A stretch of DNA of 64,000 bases. Origin: Eledone cirrhosa (Eukaryota). The stretch's first letter is position 1. Each line of letters opens with the position of its first letter. A program made the position numbers and the translations under genes. The stretch is from contig OZ024756.1 in NCBI GenBank assembly GCA_964016885.1, positions 34,596,001-34,660,000 on the forward strand, read 5' to 3'. The notes under the pieces are model-generated. The model worked only from the letters and a program-made list of their open reading frames with translations. It was not told the origin of the DNA and did no database searches. Below are positions 58,331-64,000 of the stretch, in pieces.

Positions 58331-61300
58331 ATAAACGAAGCCAAATTTAACATGTTTGACTTACTTATATATATATATATTCTGCGAAAGTTTCTACAGT
58401 ACTTTCCATGTGTTGTGTGATTATCAAAAGTTTGGGATTTATTGGGTAAAATAAGAGAAGTATTATAGTGATCATGTCATTCCCCAAAAATTTCTGGGTT
58501 ATTCCACTTAGACTTATTAAATTACTGCCTCTTATTTTCATTCTTCTTGTTGTTCACTTCCTATTGGACCACAGCTCTAAAATTATAGGAAATGCTCTGG
58601 CTTTTTCTGACCAAAGTTTCTAGCTGGCATCTGAAAGTGTCAGTACCTTATAGATAAATCTACAATTCTGTGATGTTGCCATATGCGTCTTGCTTGTACC
58701 CCTCCTAAGCTGACTTTCTGAATATCCTGCAAAACTGACACATAAGCTTTCTCAATATTTATCAGGTTCATGAAGATATTTGCAACAGTTTCCATTCCTC
58801 CACCAAGGCTACCCACAATTATTAGTACTATCTGTACTTGCTGTTCCGTAGGTTTTTGTTGATATTTCAGCCATTTTATAGCGTTTGTTTTTTCGCCAAG
58901 TTATTTTGTGGGCATGCCATATGAGCAAGACAAGGGTCAGCCCGTTTAACCCATGCTAGCGTGGAAGAATGGACGTAAAACGATGATATCAATTCAAGAG
59001 TTAGATCTGGCGGCCTTGCTGCAGTTTTTTTTTTTTTCTTAACTGGTACTCAAAATCCCAGGCTAACTTTGATCTATCGTTTCTTTAACACCTCGCACCC
59101 TGCTCTTTTGCCCATGCCACATCGAATATCATAAGGCCATTATTATTAATATTCACATAATAAATTACATTTAAACCTTATTTGCTAGTTGGTTCAAATT
59201 TCACTAAGAAATAAAACTGTTTTTGCTGTAATAATATTAAAATGCAATCCGAAGCAACCCATGGCACTTGTACACCCCACCCACCTGCTAACAATTTTAA
59301 TTTTTAAAATTTTCTCAAAACTTTTCAATATTACATAAGTTTTACACCCTGTCATTTCACACTCCACAGTAACATTTGATTTTCTTCTAAGTTATTTACT
59401 AAAAAAAAAAAAAAATTTCCTAATAATTTATAGAATCTTTTTATTACTACAGTGATAAAACTATCTTGACACTCTACACCCACCATATTGAGTAATTGAT
59501 CTGGTGATGTGTCAATGATTTCTAATTTAGGCACAAGGCCAGCAGTTTTGGGGGAGGGGAGAGTCGATTAAATCAACCCTAGTGTATTACTGGTACTTTA
59601 TTTTATCAACTCTAAGGATGGAAAGCAAAGCTAACCGCGGTGGGATTTTAACTCAGACCATAAAGGGCCGTAACTCTGTCGCTAAGCATATTGTCCGACG
59701 CTCTACCAATACTGCCAATTCGCTGCCCATCAATAATGATGTCACAATTGCTGTGAAATACTCCAGCATTGTTGAGTAAATAAGACTTCCTTCTCCATAC
59801 ATATATACAACTCCTTGCTAACAGGGAAAATAGCCATTAAATGATTAGAGACACACAAGCTGTGTAACTAATATTTGTTTTGGTATTCAGTTTGCATATT
59901 GTAGTTTTCCTACTTATATGCCAGTGTGTATGTACTGATGTAAATGTCAATATACATATACACTCTCTTACATAGTTTTCTCACTTAGCAACTAACATCT
60001 ACCCTAGCCATCATGCAAAACAACAGTTTAGCTTTACACTGCACTCTAGTAATCGATAACATTGTGTTTTCTCTTTTTAATTGGTTTATAGAAAGAATTC
60101 TTTGAAAGTTGTTGGGGTTAACCTTTTGTTGTATAATTTTGAAAATTTGATGGAATTTAGTAATATAACTTTCTCATTATTTGGAACATGATTTAACAAG
60201 GGTTTTTATATAACACTTAACCATTTCATAATGAAAGACACTAAATCCTTACAAATTTAGAATAAGCAGTAATATAACTTTCATCAAGCTGGTGTTACTT
60301 AAAATTTGATAGGTCTTTAGATAAATATAAATACATTGAAACAAAGTTTCATATGATAGGGACAGTTGAAGTGTGTTAGAAATATAAGCAAGGGTGCTGG
60401 TTAAGGCCTGTGTAACCTAAGAGAGGATTTTAATTCAGCACAAGATGGAATGATTATAATAGTGCCTAGACATGGGGAGGTCATGTTGCATGGAGTGATA
60501 TAGAATGATGATACTTATAAAGTAAATATTTTCTCTTAAAAAAAAACAAAAAAAAAACAAGAATTTAAAAAAAAAACAATTTTTAATAGTCATATTTTGA
60601 ATAAAATTTGAAAACAGTAAACAATTACATTCCTTTGATGAAGTTTAGAAGAAGCAAATGTTGGTCTTTCAACAGTTAGGAAAGGGTTTGTGTGTATAAA
60701 AAAAAAAAATAAAAAAAGTTTATTTGTGCACAGTTTGAAATTAATATGTAAATGAACTCTAGTAATGAATCAATCTAATGTTTTTGAACCTCATTCATTA
60801 CCGCTAAATGAACCCTTTAAATAGCAAAACCTTCAGGGCTGAGTTCCAGATCAGCTTTCTTTTCTGTGAAAAGTCTTTAAGCCAATTTCTTCCTTGGGAA
60901 AGGAGGAGGTTAGAGGCAACTCTTGAATAACGTCTTCACTGTTCCTTTGTAGCAGAATGTCCCCTTATAATCCACACAAAACAGAATATTTGACTTAAAC
61001 TCTACAAACTAACAAAATCAAATAGATTGCTTGGAATCATGGTCTCTATTAATAAACAGGAGGGAGCCAGCCATTAGTGGTGGGAAAGTGACTAGTCTGC
61101 AGACCCAACATATTGTCTTGGCCAGCTGTAGCTATCTAAACCCATGTTCTTTATTCATTGCCAAATTTCTAATGAAAGATACTGTTTGTTTCAAATAACA
61201 TTCTCATTATTAAGCTGGTATTAAGAAGACCAGGTGCTCATGTAGAGTTCCACAAGAAAATATTTTAAGATTTCTTAAGTCAAGAGTTGAATATAATATT

Positions 61301-61890
61301 TTGAGGGATCACAATACAATGGCTATAACAAGAAAGGAACAACCAAACTCTTGGACAGTTGACCTATATTCTGAATCAAATCATTCCCATTTCTCCCAGT
61401 AATGTGCAGCAAAGATTTTAGTTCAGAACTGCCATTTTAACTGACTGGGAGAGATAAAGATGTTAACTAGTAGACAGAACCATTTTAACTGGAACCAACC
61501 ACTGACAAAGGCAGCACTTTTTTTTATAAAAACATTTATATATTGATCTTTATTTTTCAATGAATTTTAAAAAAATAATCTTTTCTTTTAAAACATTTCA
61601 TTGGAATCTACCAAACCAAACAAGAAAATGATTTTAAACCCAATGTTTTCATTTTGGATGAACAAAGAATTTATCAGACACAAACATATATAGACACACA
61701 CATGTCAACAAGGGGTAGAAAGGCCAGAGTCTCACTCTCTGAATAATATACCATGAAAATACAATAGTATATATAAAGTAATGTAAAAGGGTTAAACATA
61801 CATTACACATACTTGAAAATCTACTTTGCTAAAAGCAATTGTGATTCTTATTGAAAGAGTTTGGTAATATATTCAAACATAAATGACGAG

Positions 61891-62182
61891 TATATATATT
61901 AGAAAAAAATATATAATTTTATAGTTGACAATCTCTTTTTCTACTAATATACTAATAAGCAGAGATATACAGGTGTGTGTGTATAGATATATATTCTTAT
62001 GGCAAGTAGAGTGGTGGGTCTTACTCTTATGGCTAAATGGCGAGTCTTAAGACCCACCACTCCACTTGTCATAAGAATATATATCTATACACACACACCT
62101 GTATATCTCTGCTTATTAGTATATTAGTAGAAAAAGAGATTATGTCAACTATAAAATTATATATTTTTTTCTAATATATATA
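61891..62182. repeat. Near-perfect inverted repeat, about 133-bp arms
   Basis: 61891-62023 complements 62048-62182 with a few mismatches and one small indel. Confidence 0.9.
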
Positions 62183-62466
62183 AAAGCTAAGTTCAAAACT
62201 TTAAGAGGTTGCAGTGTAAAATGTATTTGTACTCACAGTAAGGCTGACAAAAATGAACTTTCATGATTTCCAAATCTACAAGATTTTAAGACTATTCCTA
62301 TAGATTTGGTCTAAACTTCAAACTGTCAGCTATTGATCCCAACATTTACTGTTTTGTTGATACTATCTTATTAAACAAGAATGCATATTTTTGTTAGATA
62401 ACTGCCACTTATGTTTTGTGATATTGTCAGTCATATTGGCAAAAAAAAAAAAAAAAAAACCCACTC

Positions 62467-62680
62467 CAGTTTTATTATTACGTAAATCTATTCCTTGGTT
62501 AGTTTAGTAACCAGATAGTTGTTTAATTGTCAAAGCTCTTCCATTATACATTGACTTTTTCAATGATTGTTCTGAGATCAAAGAGCAAGAATAATCATTG
62601 AGAAAGTCTGATAAAAGAGCTTTGACAATTGTACAACTATCCAGTTAATAAACTCAATGAATAGATTAATTATAAAACTG
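62467..62680. other. Imperfect ~210-nt fold-back downstream of the DGAT1 stop
   Basis: Nested complementary blocks CAGTTTTAT/ATAAAACTG, ATCTATTC/GAATAGAT, GATAGTTGT/ACAACTATC, AATTGTCAAAGCTCTT/AAGAGCTTTGACAATT, GACTTTTTCAATGATTGTTCT/AGAATAATCATTGAGAAAGTC. Confidence 0.75.
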
Positions 62681-63226
62681 ACATCCGTTCAAATGAGAGA
62701 TGAAACCGAGAAAACAAGTTTGTTATTCTTCGTTAATGAGCCAACTTTTTTTTGATATTAAGTAAATTGACCTTTTGAAAAACCAGAGCCGTAGGGGAAA
62801 TTTATTTAAATAAGAGGAGGTCATCGGTAGTGAAAGGTTTAGAAACTATCAAGATGGGTTTAAAGTGAAGTTAAAACTGACATGGGTTCATCATGCCTTT
62901 TGGTCAGACTGCAAGGCAACTATTTTTGGGAAAATATAAATGCTGTATTAATGGTTTTTAATTTAGGCACAAGGGGATGTCAATTTCACATGATCTCTAG
63001 GGCTTCACTGGTACTTTATTTTATCAAGACAATGTTGACCTCATGCTGTATCAATACCATCCAGTTTTAAATTGAGGAATAAAGAATGCAAGTTAAAACA
63101 ATTCTAAAATAGCTGCTAACTAAAGTGATTTGAAGAATTATTTATATGAAGACTTGGTTTAAAAAGACAAGTACTTTTAGAAAATGGTAAGACCTTATTA
63201 GAATTGGGTGATTGATGATAATGGCG

Positions 63227-63987
63227 TTAGGTTTTGGACAAAATGTAATAGTCATGCATATAGGCTAAAATAGCTATAGGTTGTCCAAGAATTAGTGATA
63301 GCCACACAGCCATGTTTCCGTATTTGCCATAGTTACGTGAATCCACAATCACTGCTAATGGGATCTGAAAAATAATAGTAATAATGGTAATTGTTTCAAA
63401 CATAGCCACAAGGCCAGAAATTTCTGGACTAAAAGTATTAGTCAATTAAATCAACCCCCCAGTACTTGACTGATATTGCACTTTATCGACCCCAGAAGAA
63501 TGAAATGTACAGTTGACTTTAACAAAATTTGAACTCAGAATGTTCAATAATGGTTGAATCTGTGACATCTTGGACAATTGAAATTTAGTAAATGAAAACC
63601 ATGTAGAAGTCTGTCAGAATGATACCTATTTTGGTGTGGTAGTTTTACCCCATCACCCAGTTTAACACCATCTGGCTAACCTTGGATGCCTTAAGCAGAG
63701 TTCATCAGGGTGATAGCCCTAATCCCTCACCCAGTTTAACAGTACCTGGTCCTTGGGGTGCCTTAATCTATCACCTAGCTAACCTTAGTTCATTAGAATG
63801 AGACTTAATCACTCATTTATTGCAAGGTTGGCCTGTTAAACTATTTATAGGAATTAAATATTGAAAAAAAAAAAAATTTAATTTCAAGAACTTCTAAAAT
63901 TATTTGGTAATGTGCTGAACTCACCTGCATGGACATGCCCATGAACGCCCACCACCGGAACATTTTTAGGGGTACACTGACCAGGTA
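63227..63987 (-). CDS. DGAT1: Diacylglycerol O-acyltransferase 1, last two coding exons
   Basis: Exon 63987-63925 [21 protein letters not shown] and exon 63364-63227 [36 protein letters not shown] match the DGAT1 C-terminus; canonical splice sites. Confidence 0.92.
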
Positions 63988-64000
63988 CTGAAACAGAACA

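Noticed and set aside
62010-62060. Hammerhead remnant in the loop of the large hairpin
   Set aside because: Neither CUGANGA nor GAAA is present; too degenerate to call.

Overview
AT-rich, microsatellite-dense animal DNA. The repeat landscape (RTE LINEs, tRNA-headed SINEs, long (TA)n/(CA)n tracts) suggests an octopod cephalopod, but this is inference. Five spliced genes were reconstructed by hand with phase-consistent GT-AG junctions: the 3' part of an S1 serine protease (+), a complete PRODH2-type hydroxyproline dehydrogenase (-), a complete RNA Pol I subunit RPA34/POLR1G (+, head-to-head with PRODH2), a group-I PAK kinase with a degenerate CRIB (+), and the last two exons of DGAT1 (-). The main unannotated signal is a dispersed set of type I hammerhead-ribozyme motifs from at least five unrelated sequence families. 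Five have an intact catalytic core (6073-6123, 12997-13081, 35269-35335, 35409-35475, 58273-58330) and about eight are decayed. Most sit beside (TA)n tracts and several occur as inverted pairs, which is the layout expected of Penelope-like elements or retrozymes. One lies on the sense strand of PRODH2 intron 1 inside a 484-nt tandem unit. Other notable items: duplicated decoy splice acceptors in two PRODH2 introns, an internally deleted RTE, a PHD-finger-bearing RTE, two CRE-clade endonuclease relics, a homogeneous SINE trimer and long hairpins downstream of the DGAT1 stop. All folds and alignments were done by eye; no database search was run.
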